DNA of 64,000 bases from contig CAWCKJ010000003.1 of NCBI GenBank assembly GCA_963796105.1, positions 512,001 through 576,000 of the forward strand, written 5' to 3'. This stretch comes from a candidate division FCPU426 bacterium (GTDB lineage Bacteria > Oederibacteriota > Muellerivitia > Muellerivitales > Muellerivitaceae). Both the position numbers and the translations under genes were made by a program. Below, piece by piece: positions 1 through 9,548 of the stretch; the first letter of the stretch is position 1; each line of letters opens with the position of its first letter. The notes under the pieces were generated by a model. The model saw only the letters and a program-made list of their open reading frames with translations. It did not search any database and was not told the origin of the DNA.

Positions 1-637
1 TCCCCGGCCAAGTGTAATCCTTGAACATCGCAAAAGAATTACGACCATTTCCTTCATCCGCCAAAATGGTTCCGATCATTTGGAAGGAGTCGGCAGGACC
101 AGTTGAACGGTATATGTGGTAACCCACAGGATAATTGAATGTCCCGGCACGTGGGGAACGCCAGGACAAAACCACCGCGCCAGCCTCAATAGTGGCTGAG
201 AAATCCCAAGGTCTTTTCAAGTCCTCAAGAGTGCGGTTTGGGGTGGCTGACGGAGTAATGGCCGGGCTTTGAGTGCCGGTTGGAGTGTGGGTAAGAGTAC
301 CTGTTATTTCTGGCGTCTTAGTTGCAGTCGGGTTATTTCTCAAACCCCAAATAACTGCATGGGTGGGTTTAGGTAAGGGTTGTCGTTTATTTCCACCGAA
401 CCATGGGTTGTGTCCAGGGTGGAGATTATGAGTATTTACTTTTTGATCTTGGGAATAGACAGGAGTAAGAGTCGGAGTGACAATTAAACGAGGATTATCA
501 CTATTGGAAAAATGGCCGGTACTCCAAGGAATGTCCCAAGCGGAAGAAGGGGCAGGAAGAAATACAAAAAGAATAGCGATAAGAAATAGGAAGAAATTTG
601 CACAAAAGAGAGAAGGCAAATATTTTTTTTGGCTCAT
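1..637 (-). CDS. Secreted protein with Thr/Pro linker and fibronectin type III-like segment; runs off the window edge
   Basis: Manual translation from ATG 637 (GGAG upstream): MSQKKYLPSLF...hydrophobic signal...PSSAW, TPT-rich linker, then VVLSWRSP...GYHIYRSTG (Fn3-like). Open to position 2; absent from the ORF track because no stop lies in the window. Confidence 0.7.
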   Translation of the reverse strand, partial: MSQKKYLPSLFCANFFLFLIAILFVFLPAPSSAWDIPWSTGHFSNSDNPRLIVTPTLTPVYSQDQKVNTHNLHPGHNPWFGGNKRQPLPKPTHAVIWGLRNNPTATKTPEITGTLTHTPTGTQSPAITPSATPNRTLEDLKRPWDFSATIEAGAVVLSWRSPRAGTFNYPVGYHIYRSTGPADSFQMIGTILADEGNGRNSFAMFKDYTWPG

Positions 638-950
638 ATGCTCTCCGGCCTTTGGCCTTAGAGGAAAAAAATCTATTGGTTTTGAAAACGTTTTAAAAAA
701 ATTGCCAGAAAATTTATGAGAATACTTTAAATTTGCCGAGTTAAACGGTCAACGAAATTGCAGTTAAAATTACTAAATTTATTTTTATCCACATCCATTA
801 GTGCATTATGTATTAAATCCTTACAGCGGGATTAAAATGGAAAAATTAAAAACTATAAAAAGATTAATATTTGTTAGTTAGTTTTTTATTACGCATGCAG
901 TTTAACTGTGAAAAATAAGGGAGAAATACATAAAAGAGAGAACGAGGGTC

Positions 951-1259
951 GTGAAATGTGCAATTTTTTCAAAAATACTGTATATAAAGGAACTGAAAGA
1001 GGTTTTTTATTTAGGCGGCAATTCATTGGCTAAAAGTAAAAATGATCAGCAAGTCATCCTGAAATTCGGAGAGAACATCCGGAAAATTCGTAAACAGCAC
1101 GGGTGGTCACAAGGAATATTAGGTAAAAATGCCGGAATGGACGCCAATTTCATCGGCTTCGCGGAACGCGGGGAGAGAAGCATTACTCTAAAGAATATTA
1201 TCAAGATTCAAAAAGCGTTACGTTGTCCCATCGGCGAATTGTTCGAGGGTATAAAATAA
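951..1259 (+). CDS. XRE/Cro-C1 family HTH transcriptional regulator (true start possibly TTG near 1026)
   Basis: FGENIRKIRKQHGWSQ...IGFAERGERSITLKNIIKI matches the HTH_3 pattern. Confidence 0.85.
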   Translation: MKCAIFSKILYIKELKEVFYLGGNSLAKSKNDQQVILKFGENIRKIRKQHGWSQGILGKNAGMDANFIGFAERGERSITLKNIIKIQKALRCPIGELFEGIK

Positions 1260-1314
1260 TGTCGTTCAAAGTTCCCTGTAACGCTTCCGCAAATGCGTGA
1301 CCGGCCTAATTTGT

Positions 1315-4044
1315 TTATTTTCCATTTAAGTATTGGACTGTCATTTTCAGTTTCTTTCTCGGCGCGTTCTCGTCCCCGCCGGGCAGGATAAATAAAACGT
1401 GCTTCCCTGGAGTAAGGTTTTTCAATTCCTTCTCCAATTCGCCGGTTTCCCGCTGGGAGCCGTCGGCTTTATCGACGTTCCAGATCACGTCCCCCAGTTT
1501 TAATCCGGTTTTATAAACGGGACTGCCGGTCCATAACACAGCCGCCACGCTCTTATCTACGAATAGCACCCCTTGGTGAAGATAAGGCAGTCCCGATACC
1601 GGGATGGCCTTGCCCCCCAGGACCCCTTTGGCCCAATATTCCATAGCTGAAACCAGGTTCCCCAATTCCCTCTTTGACCGGCATTCGAACGTGATGGCCT
1701 TTTTCAAATGAGGGATGACCAACCCGCATTGGTAAATCGTCTGGCTTTGATATTTACCGGAATAGACCAGGAGTTTATCGCTATGGATGGTTTTCAATTC
1801 CGTCCAATCAAACCCCACTCTCCACCCCTCATCTCCCGGAAGTTTGAAATGGAGAATAAGGCCGGTCCGGGATGGAAGGGCGGAGGTGACCTTGACCTTG
1901 TCGTTCCCAAACCACATGGAATATTTTTCACCGTCCTGGAGGGCTGCTAAATAAGAGCCGGCGGTATCCTCATCCAGTCGTGAATCGAGCCCCGGATTGA
2001 AGCTTTGGATCACGCAATATTCGGGAACAGGGTATATCTCATTCACTAAGCAGTTATAGTCCACATCCTCGGCACTCCAGGGCTTTGCGGGCTTGCTTGA
2101 GGAAGCGGAATGAACGGATTCGACTCCCTTCGTTCGCTCACCGCCATGTAATGGGGAATGGACAATTTCTTGATTTGCATTGGACTTATCCGAATGGCTT
2201 ATCCCAGTCTCTTTTTTAACATTTCCTATTTGCGTATTTTTGTTTCCGTTGGCAACTCCTAATTCCTCACTCCTAATTTCTAATTGTTTTTTGAGTTCTG
2301 GTTTTTCCAATCCGCATATTGTTCTCCAATTCGAGAAACTGGGCGCCTGGGCCTTCGGCAGGTATCCCTCCCATAGGCTTCGGGTAAACCAGGCCATGAC
2401 CAACAGAAAACCTATGATGGAAAGCTTCCCAATTCCCGGATTGAGGACCTCCTTTACCACTAGAAGCGAAATAACCGCGAGACCCAGGGCCAGTTTCGGG
2501 CTGTGGGGAATTTGGGATACGACATACAGCGGGAATTGGATAAAAGCGATATTCCAAATGACCCCGGAGACGGCATCGAATCTATCGCCCCAGGACGGGA
2601 CAAAATAACCGATTACCAGCTCGACGATTCCGAAGAATATGCCATAAGCCAATGGAACCATCAGAAGAAAGAGCCCCCAGTGCGCCAGCAGTCTGGAAAG
2701 GCTATTCCCTCCCCGTGAATGGCCGGAATGGGACCCGCTATGGGACTGGGGCGCTAGTTTATTGGCCAGGTAAATACTGGCGCGCAGGGGGAATTTGATG
2801 AATTTGAAAAGGTATTTGAAAATGGCCCTCGCCGCAAGCCAAGCATGATGCCCCAGGAATTTCAGATAGGCTTCCAACGATTTGCCTGCCCTGAGTCCGT
2901 CGAATGGGCTGGGATTCAGGGGATGCGGGGGATGGGCCTGCGCCGAGCTTGGTTGAGGGGCTGGGATGGCTTCGTTAGGAACATCAGGACTATTGGGAGC
3001 ATTGACCTTATCTTGATCGGATATTGATTTTGGCCGTAAACTAGCCAATCCCAGGGCAAGCTTTTCCCAAAGGGTCAGGGCTTTGCCGCCGGACGTTGCC
3101 TCCTCCAACCGCCCGTTCAGGTTTTTCCGGGCTATTTCACTTTTTTCATTAACTCCCAATTCCTCACTTCTACCTTCTAACTCCTGAGGGTCCTTTTGAA
3201 TGTTGCCCGCAGGCTTGGATCTTGGTTTTCGGGCCTTCTTTTCCGCCTCAAACTGGTCCAAATCCTTGCCTGAGACAGCGTGCGCCACAAATTCCTGAGT
3301 TTGTGGGCCGTTTAATTGCTTTTCTAATAGGATTGGTAAGATTTTATCCGCTAATAATCGGGCATCATCAAGTTTCCGATTATCTAAAAGCCGGATCAAT
3401 CGACAGGCGGCCTTCTCGGTCAAACACCATATTTTCACATTATTTGAATCATTATCATTTTCAACTTCGGAAAAGTTAGACAGTCTAACTCCTTGCCGCG
3501 CTGTTTGTAATATCAACTGCCTAGTCGCAGGGCTTAAGAGTTCCATCAAGCTAAATGCGCAACTAATCCTGTATGAAGACCACCCAGTCTTAGCCGCCAA
3601 TTCCTTCTGTTTTAAGCCAGTTAAGTTCCTAAGGTTTTCCAGGGCCATGAACTCCCCTAACCAATAGGGTTTATTGTCCCGGTTGGAGGTGAGGGCCCGG
3701 AACATGGCGTCTTCCAGGCTGATATCCAGGATCTCGGCCTCTATATGGGTCCGCCCCAAGCGTTTAAAGGCCTCTGCCCGCCTTTGGCCGGAAACAATGG
3801 CCCAAGGCGCCTGGCGGTTCCCTTTCCAGACCGTGATCCGGTCAAGGGTCCCCCCGTTTTTCAGGTAGTCCACCAGCATTTGCATCTCATCCTCTTCCAG
3901 GAAGGGCCGGGGATTCCATGACGGGACAGCCAGATCCACGATGGGAATCATGACGATCTCCGGGGGTTTGATTTGGGATTGGGCCTGGTCGGCGGGTTTG
4001 GGAACATTTTCCATAGACAACCTCCTTATAGTTAAAAAAGCCAT
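1315..4044 (-). CDS. ParB/Srx N-terminal domain + HTH + multi-pass membrane region + C-terminal PDZ-like domain
   Basis: IPIVDL..PSWNPR and IVSGQRRAEAFKRLG (ParB arginine patch); GLKQKELAAKTGWS (HTH); several hydrophobic helices around aa 455-555; GSPVYKTGLKLGDVIWNVD (PDZ-like). Confidence 0.75.
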   Translation of the reverse strand: MAFLTIRRLSMENVPKPADQAQSQIKPPEIVMIPIVDLAVPSWNPRPFLEEDEMQMLVDYLKNGGTLDRITVWKGNRQAPWAIVSGQRRAEAFKRLGRTHIEAEILDISLEDAMFRALTSNRDNKPYWLGEFMALENLRNLTGLKQKELAAKTGWSSYRISCAFSLMELLSPATRQLILQTARQGVRLSNFSEVENDNDSNNVKIWCLTEKAACRLIRLLDNRKLDDARLLADKILPILLEKQLNGPQTQEFVAHAVSGKDLDQFEAEKKARKPRSKPAGNIQKDPQELEGRSEELGVNEKSEIARKNLNGRLEEATSGGKALTLWEKLALGLASLRPKSISDQDKVNAPNSPDVPNEAIPAPQPSSAQAHPPHPLNPSPFDGLRAGKSLEAYLKFLGHHAWLAARAIFKYLFKFIKFPLRASIYLANKLAPQSHSGSHSGHSRGGNSLSRLLAHWGLFLLMVPLAYGIFFGIVELVIGYFVPSWGDRFDAVSGVIWNIAFIQFPLYVVSQIPHSPKLALGLAVISLLVVKEVLNPGIGKLSIIGFLLVMAWFTRSLWEGYLPKAQAPSFSNWRTICGLEKPELKKQLEIRSEELGVANGNKNTQIGNVKKETGISHSDKSNANQEIVHSPLHGGERTKGVESVHSASSSKPAKPWSAEDVDYNCLVNEIYPVPEYCVIQSFNPGLDSRLDEDTAGSYLAALQDGEKYSMWFGNDKVKVTSALPSRTGLILHFKLPGDEGWRVGFDWTELKTIHSDKLLVYSGKYQSQTIYQCGLVIPHLKKAITFECRSKRELGNLVSAMEYWAKGVLGGKAIPVSGLPYLHQGVLFVDKSVAAVLWTGSPVYKTGLKLGDVIWNVDKADGSQRETGELEKELKNLTPGKHVLFILPGGDENAPRKKLKMTVQYLNGK

Positions 4045-4213
4045 TATTCGCGGCCAATAACTGATTTTCTTACAATACTTTCAGTGTGTTATTATTTTCA
4101 ATAAAATTCAAAACGGATTTAGGAAAATCTTTTCCCGCCTGGAAATATTGGGTAATTAAAACAGACGGGGTTATAGAAGGCGAAAAGACGGACTGCCACC
4201 CGGGTTTAAGATA

Positions 4214-6163
4214 ATGCTATCCTGCTATAATCCATCCATGATCCAAAGCCCCTCTCCCGGCCTAGCCGCCACCCAAAGTTCCACCATGCCCCTATACCGT
4301 GATCCCTGGTTTTACGCGCTTCTGGCCGGGTTTCTCCTGCTGGTTCTGTTTTGCGCCCGCCTAAACAACGATTACGATTTCGGTTTCCACCTGAAGGGCG
4401 GCCAATGGATCCTGGAAAACCACGCTTTTCCCACCAAGGACACCTACACCTATACGGTCAACAACCATGATTACCTGGATATCCACTGGCTTTACCAGGT
4501 CACGCTCTACTCGCTTTACCGCCTCGGCGGCTATTCCCTTATATCCATCGCCAACATCGCCTTAATCCTCCTCATATTCATTATCCTCATGAAACGTCTG
4601 GGGCTCACCAGAGCCCCCTTTTGGCTTCTTGTACTCCTTTTCGGCATCGCGGTCCTGGGATGCGAACTGCGTTTCAGGGTCCGGCCCGAGTACCTCAGCT
4701 GGCTTTTCATGAGCCTCGACCTTTGGATCTTAGAAAAATGGAATCAACATCGAAAAGGCCCGATCTTTCTTCTGCCATTGATCCAATTGGCCTGGGTCAA
4801 CATCGAGGGCCTTTTCGGTATAGGCTGCGGCCTCACCGGCTTCTACCTGCTTTCTGGCCTGATCCACTCCCGCCGGTTGGACAAAAAGCTCCTGAGGTAT
4901 TTCATCCTCACCCTGGCCGCCTGCCTGGTGAACCCCCACTTCATCCGCGGGGCGTTATATCCCCTCCAGCACCTGGCCATGCTGGGGTCCCCCAATGTCT
5001 TCAAGGAAACCATCAACGAGCTCCAATCGCCCTGGACCCTGGCTGGCCGTTTCTCCTTCCTGCCGGAATGGACCCTTTACACCTACAAACTTTTTTGCCT
5101 TCTGCTACTGGTCTTATTCGCCGCGGCCTGGAAAAAAAGGAGGGCCGTCGATTATCTCCTGGCCGGTTGCTTTTTCATCTTCTCAGCCTCAGCCCAAAGG
5201 AACATCCCCCTCTTCATGCTGGTTAGTGTTCCCCTCGCGGCGTCCTGCTGGAAGGATTTGGCGTGGAAATGGCCCAAGAAAATCCATATGGCTTTCACGT
5301 CCAGGCCCTGGGCAGGCTGGGCTTTCACGGTTTTCCTTTTGGGAATCGGCATGAGGGTATTTACCAACGCCTATTACGTCTCAGAACGGCGCGCCGACCG
5401 CTTCGGCCTGGGATTGGATGAGGCCAAACTTCCGGTAAGGGCGGCAAGGTTCCTGGTGGAAAACCGCCTGGACGGGAGGATATTGAACCAAATGAACCTC
5501 GGCGGTTGGCTGGACTGGCAAGCCCCTCAAAAGGTCTTCTTGGACGGGCGCCTGGAAGTCATGGGGGAGGAACTATTCTCGGATTACTTCTCAAGCATGA
5601 AACCCGGCGGGCTGGAGCCCCTCACGGAAAAGTACGGGGTGGAAATCATGTTTTTCAATCCCGACACGGCCTTTCAATGGCTGTTGGAGCTTAAAAACAT
5701 GCCGGATTGGCGGGCGGTTTACCTGGATGACTCCACCGTGATTTACCTGAAAAAAGGTTACGCCCCAAAAGTGCCGGACCTGGACGACGGACAAGTATTC
5801 ACGAAGTGGGGCATTTCCCCCTCGATCCTGAAAGACGCGCCAACACTGCTCCAGGCGCCCCGCCCTTCGTCACGGGAATGTTTTTGGGAGGATTTCTACA
5901 GGCCTACGGATTACCCCATGGGCCTGCACCCCATCGACGCCTATTATTCCTACACAGGCCGTTTCGATCTGGCGGAGGCGGTCCACTTGGAAAACATCCG
6001 GCGGAGCCGGGGGCGATATTATGACTTGTTCTTCAACCTGGGGTCCATGTACTTTCACGCCGGAAAGTACGAACAAGCCAAGATTTGCATGGGCAGGGTC
6101 CTGGGCGAGGTTCCCGGCCTGCCGGCGGCCCAAAAGATATTGGATAGCCTTCCGACTCCATAA
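4214..6163 (+). CDS. Polytopic membrane protein, GT-C glycosyltransferase-like, with C-terminal TPR
   Basis: About 11 hydrophobic helices; first-loop DYDFGFHLKGG motif; FLDGRLEV; C-terminal FNLGSMYFHAGKYEQAK TPR. Confidence 0.6.
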   Translation: MLSCYNPSMIQSPSPGLAATQSSTMPLYRDPWFYALLAGFLLLVLFCARLNNDYDFGFHLKGGQWILENHAFPTKDTYTYTVNNHDYLDIHWLYQVTLYSLYRLGGYSLISIANIALILLIFIILMKRLGLTRAPFWLLVLLFGIAVLGCELRFRVRPEYLSWLFMSLDLWILEKWNQHRKGPIFLLPLIQLAWVNIEGLFGIGCGLTGFYLLSGLIHSRRLDKKLLRYFILTLAACLVNPHFIRGALYPLQHLAMLGSPNVFKETINELQSPWTLAGRFSFLPEWTLYTYKLFCLLLLVLFAAAWKKRRAVDYLLAGCFFIFSASAQRNIPLFMLVSVPLAASCWKDLAWKWPKKIHMAFTSRPWAGWAFTVFLLGIGMRVFTNAYYVSERRADRFGLGLDEAKLPVRAARFLVENRLDGRILNQMNLGGWLDWQAPQKVFLDGRLEVMGEELFSDYFSSMKPGGLEPLTEKYGVEIMFFNPDTAFQWLLELKNMPDWRAVYLDDSTVIYLKKGYAPKVPDLDDGQVFTKWGISPSILKDAPTLLQAPRPSSRECFWEDFYRPTDYPMGLHPIDAYYSYTGRFDLAEAVHLENIRRSRGRYYDLFFNLGSMYFHAGKYEQAKICMGRVLGEVPGLPAAQKILDSLPTP

Positions 6164-6203
6164 ATTTCCATGGCTTTACCTTACCCTGGAAATGGGTCAC
6201 TTA

Positions 6204-6542
6204 TTAATCACCGATGATTTCTTCCAGACCTTCCACGATTTGGGAAAGTTCCTCGGGAGTCGCGCGGCCTAATTTCTGCCCCAATCTCTCCACGGATAAG
6301 GTCCTGATTTGACTGATTTTAACCCAGGATTTTTTAGGCAGTTTACTACCGGCAAGCTCAAGTGTGAGGGGATAACCAGCCTTGGGTTCCTGGCTGGTGA
6401 GGGCCACGGCGATAACCGTACCGGATCTTTCATTGAAAACATCATGGCTTAATATCAAAACAGGCCTAGAACCGGACTGTTTATGACCCTTGGCTGGATT
6501 TAAATCAGCCCAAAGAATATCTCCCCTTAATATTTTGGCCAA
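6204..6542 (-). CDS. mazF: MazF/PemK family endoribonuclease toxin
   Basis: RGDILWADLNPAKGHKQSGSRPVLILS...QIRTLSVERL. Confidence 0.92.
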   Translation of the reverse strand: MAKILRGDILWADLNPAKGHKQSGSRPVLILSHDVFNERSGTVIAVALTSQEPKAGYPLTLELAGSKLPKKSWVKISQIRTLSVERLGQKLGRATPEELSQIVEGLEEIIGD

Positions 6543-6805
6543 TTTTTCAACTCGCCGGCCAACCCCTCGTCAGCGAGGGCTTGCTCGGATCTCTTGTCCA
6601 ATTTAGCGCATTCCCTGGCGAGACGGCCTCGTCCCAGGCGCGCGATCTTGTCCCTGAGCGCGTCCGTGATGGCCCTGCTTCGGTTGGGGTAAATTTTCTT
6701 TTCCACCAGCAGGTCCACGGATTTAAGGATTTCCTGGTCGAGTGTGATGGCTATTTTAGCCGCGGCCAGGATAACCTCCGGTATGATGTTTTTATGCTTA
6801 TGCAC
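6527..6805 (-). CDS. Ribbon-helix-helix antitoxin; native start likely CTG at 6769 after GGAGG, the GTG at 6805 lies inside the IS end
   Basis: KIAITLD...YPNRSRAITDAL RHH motif; overlaps the mazF start. Confidence 0.85.
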   Translation of the reverse strand: MHKHKNIIPEVILAAAKIAITLDQEILKSVDLLVEKKIYPNRSRAITDALRDKIARLGRGRLARECAKLDKRSEQALADEGLAGELKNWPKY

Positions 6806-7778
6806 AAAGTGACCGTGCTGTAATGGGTTTTGCTAAGGCACATGCGGTTAAGGCACGGTGAAATAAGGAATCGGGATCATGACGACGGTTGAACCGATAG
6901 GCATATTCACTTAGATACCGGCCTAAATACTTAGCATCAACGCCATGATGAGTTCCAATGATCCAGGCCTTGGCGTTGGAAATGAACCGGTGTACCCAGG
7001 GCAACCAACTTTCCAACTCTTTCGGGTCATTGGCCATCACCCGGTAGTCTGCCTCCACTCCTTTGAGTTCACGCAAGGCTGGCGAAGCATCTGTGTTGAG
7101 GAAAGAGCCTTTTTCCATAGTCTGATTCACGAATTCCTGGCTCTCCCACTTGGTTTCCATAGCTACCTTCACCTTGGCAAAACCCGCTTTTTCCTTCTTG
7201 CAACCATTCTCATCCACCCATTCCTTGCTTTCCACCGCCACCAAGACTTCCACTTGGTTTTCCTTGGCCTTTTTCCCAAAAACCGCCCCATCCAACTCAA
7301 TGACGCCCTTTAGAGTATAGCTTTCGTCCTTTTGCCTAAGACCTTCCCGGATCTTATGCAATAGAAGCCATGCCGAATGATCCGAAAGATTTAAATGCCG
7401 CTTCAGTTCCAGGGCCGAAATACCCCGTTTGCCCTGCATCATCAAACTGATGGCCCTGACCCAGGTTAAAAGAGGCAGCTTGGAGCTTTCAAAAATCGTC
7501 CCGGCGCGAAGCCGAAGACGTTTCCGGCAATAGTCACATTCCCTCACTTCAGGCTTGGCCTGGTGTTGCCAGAAGCTTTCGCCCTCACATTGGGGACAAA
7601 CAAAGTCTTTCCCGCCGAAACGGCATCTCCACACCCATTGGCGGGCTTCTTCTTCCGTGTGGATTTTCCTCAGAATTTTAATGCTTTTCATCCGCTGGTA
7701 GCTCATGTACCACCTCCCGTAGCGGACAGTATACCTATGTATTCCTTTATTTCAAGGGTCACTTAATACAGAAGCATG
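6793..7778 (-). mobile_element. IS1595-family insertion sequence, apparently intact (986 bp)
   Basis: Terminal inverted repeats ATGCTTATGCACAAAGTGACC (6794-6814) and GGTCACTTAATACAGAAGCAT (7757-7777) match at 17/21; 8-bp target duplication GATGTTTT at 6785-6792 and 7779-7786. Confidence 0.92.
6798..7706 (-). CDS. IS1595-family DDE transposase
   Basis: N-terminal zinc ribbon CPQC..CDYC, AGTIFESSKLPL, IELDG, NTD, GTHHGV..YLSEYAYRFNRR. Confidence 0.93.
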   Translation of the reverse strand: MSYQRMKSIKILRKIHTEEEARQWVWRCRFGGKDFVCPQCEGESFWQHQAKPEVRECDYCRKRLRLRAGTIFESSKLPLLTWVRAISLMMQGKRGISALELKRHLNLSDHSAWLLLHKIREGLRQKDESYTLKGVIELDGAVFGKKAKENQVEVLVAVESKEWVDENGCKKEKAGFAKVKVAMETKWESQEFVNQTMEKGSFLNTDASPALRELKGVEADYRVMANDPKELESWLPWVHRFISNAKAWIIGTHHGVDAKYLGRYLSEYAYRFNRRHDPDSLFHRALTACALAKPITARSLCA

Positions 7779-7850
7779 GATGTTTTATCATACTTTTAAT
7801 TTACCCCCCCTGTGAAACCCGGAGTCAAGGGTGTCCCCAACCATCCCCTT

Positions 7851-8801
7851 TTATTTTGTGCATTCCTTGTAAAAGTCGTAGCAGTTGTCCTTGTTCACCT
7901 TGTCATCCCGCCATTTCATGGCGTCGCGCGGGTGCTGGTTGAGAAGCCCCGAAATGCCGTAGATATCGTTGAACCCCCACTCCATCTTCTCCCGGAGCGG
8001 GACGAAATGCTCCTGGATGACCTTGTAGACGGGCCGGACGTCGAATTTCGGGTTTTGCAGGAACCCCAAAAGGAGCTCCAGGGGGCAGTTGCCCGCTCCC
8101 CGGCCCATGCCGTTGATGGTGGCGTCCAGCATGTTCACTCCCTCGATGATGCACTGCTGGGTGTTGGCGTAAGCCAGCTGGATGTTGTTGTGGCCGTGGA
8201 AACCCAGTTTCTCAATGGGGACATACTTCTTGTAGAGGTTCAGGTAATAGGTGATCTGCTCGGAGTAAAAGGCCCCGTAGGTGTCCACCAGGTACAGGCA
8301 GTCCACCTCCGGCGTCTTGGAAACGTCCTCCAGAGCCTCGTTGAGCTCCGTCTCGATGGCCGCCGACACCGCCATGATGTTAAGGGAGGTGTCGTAACCC
8401 TTGTCCTTGGAGCGCTTGACCGCGTCCAGGGCCTTGTCGATCTGGGGCACGTAGCAGGCCGTGCGGATCATGTCCACGGGGCTGTCCTTTTTTTCGTTGA
8501 GCCCGTTAAGGTCGATGCGGCCGATGTCGAACATGACCGCAAGCTTGGGATGATAGGACCCCTTGTAGCTCCCCACCACCCGCTTCAAGAGCTCCTCGTC
8601 GCAAAAATTCCAAGGGCCGAACTTGGAGCGCGGGTATTCGTCGCTCTCCACGAGCTTCTTGCCCAGCTCGATGATGTCCACCCCCGCGCCGGAGACGGCG
8701 GCGTAAACCGCCTTCACGAAATCCTCGGTGAACTGGTAATTGTTGATCAACCCCCCGTCGCGGATGGTGCAATCCAAGACCTTGAGCTCTTTTCGAAACA
8801 T
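7851..8801 (-). CDS. DRE-TIM metallolyase / HMGL-like aldolase (4-hydroxy-2-oxovalerate aldolase-like)
   Basis: LDCTIRDGG, GFHGHNN, GMGRGAGNCPLE. Confidence 0.85.
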   Translation of the reverse strand: MFRKELKVLDCTIRDGGLINNYQFTEDFVKAVYAAVSGAGVDIIELGKKLVESDEYPRSKFGPWNFCDEELLKRVVGSYKGSYHPKLAVMFDIGRIDLNGLNEKKDSPVDMIRTACYVPQIDKALDAVKRSKDKGYDTSLNIMAVSAAIETELNEALEDVSKTPEVDCLYLVDTYGAFYSEQITYYLNLYKKYVPIEKLGFHGHNNIQLAYANTQQCIIEGVNMLDATINGMGRGAGNCPLELLLGFLQNPKFDVRPVYKVIQEHFVPLREKMEWGFNDIYGISGLLNQHPRDAMKWRDDKVNKDNCYDFYKECTK

Positions 8802-8959
8802 GGGATGTCCTTTTTGAGAATTGGGATTTCAACAGCAAATCAGGGCCGGTTTTTCCGCCAGACCCCTTAAAACACCGACACATCCTAAACCCGCTGGCTT
8901 TGGCCGTAAATCTGAATATTTGTTGTTGCTTGCTTTATAGAAAGACCTTTTCAGTGATT

Positions 8960-9376
8960 TCAGCGGATCCCCTGCTGGTTGAGGAAAGGGCCGTATTCCT
9001 TGTCGATCACCTTGATGTGCTGGGTCAGCCATTCCTTGAGGTAATTCATCACCTTTTGGGAGATGAGATACTCCCCGGCGTCGTATTGGGAGCGAAATTT
9101 TTGGATTTGGCGGACGAACACTTTGTGTTCAAGACGGTGCAGGTCCATGTCGGGATAGTTGAATTTTTCCAAAAGTCCTTCCTCATAGGAAAAGTGCTTC
9201 TGGATATATGCAGACAGGCCCTTGAATGTGGCTTCCATCTCGTTCCATCCATGGCCCTCGGTCATGGCCTGGTGCAGGTCATTGACCAGGTCGATCAGGT
9301 TTCGGTGCTGGTCGTCGATTTCCGCGACCCCCACCGAAAAATCACTGGTCCAGGCGATAAAAGGCATGTATTCCAA
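8960..9376 (-). CDS. Bacteriohemerythrin
   Basis: W...SVGVAEIDDQH, HFSYEE, HRLEH, WLTQHIKVID iron-ligand motifs. Confidence 0.92.
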   Translation of the reverse strand: MEYMPFIAWTSDFSVGVAEIDDQHRNLIDLVNDLHQAMTEGHGWNEMEATFKGLSAYIQKHFSYEEGLLEKFNYPDMDLHRLEHKVFVRQIQKFRSQYDAGEYLISQKVMNYLKEWLTQHIKVIDKEYGPFLNQQGIR

Positions 9377-9548
9377 TCCTCAAGAGGTCAACGAAATTGG
9401 CATGGGACCCAGCCATCAGTAGATTATAAGGCGTATTTCGGAAGCCGGAGTTGAAAATGAGACAATGGATGATAGAAACCTCGAGACATGCTTAGGGCGG
9501 ATTAAGAATGAGGAATCAAAAACCGGGATCGGTAAAACACTAGGGGAA

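Noticed and set aside
7812..8870. Long antisense ORFs (also 30426-31637, 34967-35896, 54688-56070, 59426-60349, 62469-63506)
   Set aside because: Shadows of GC3-rich genes on the opposite strand, with no recognisable motifs
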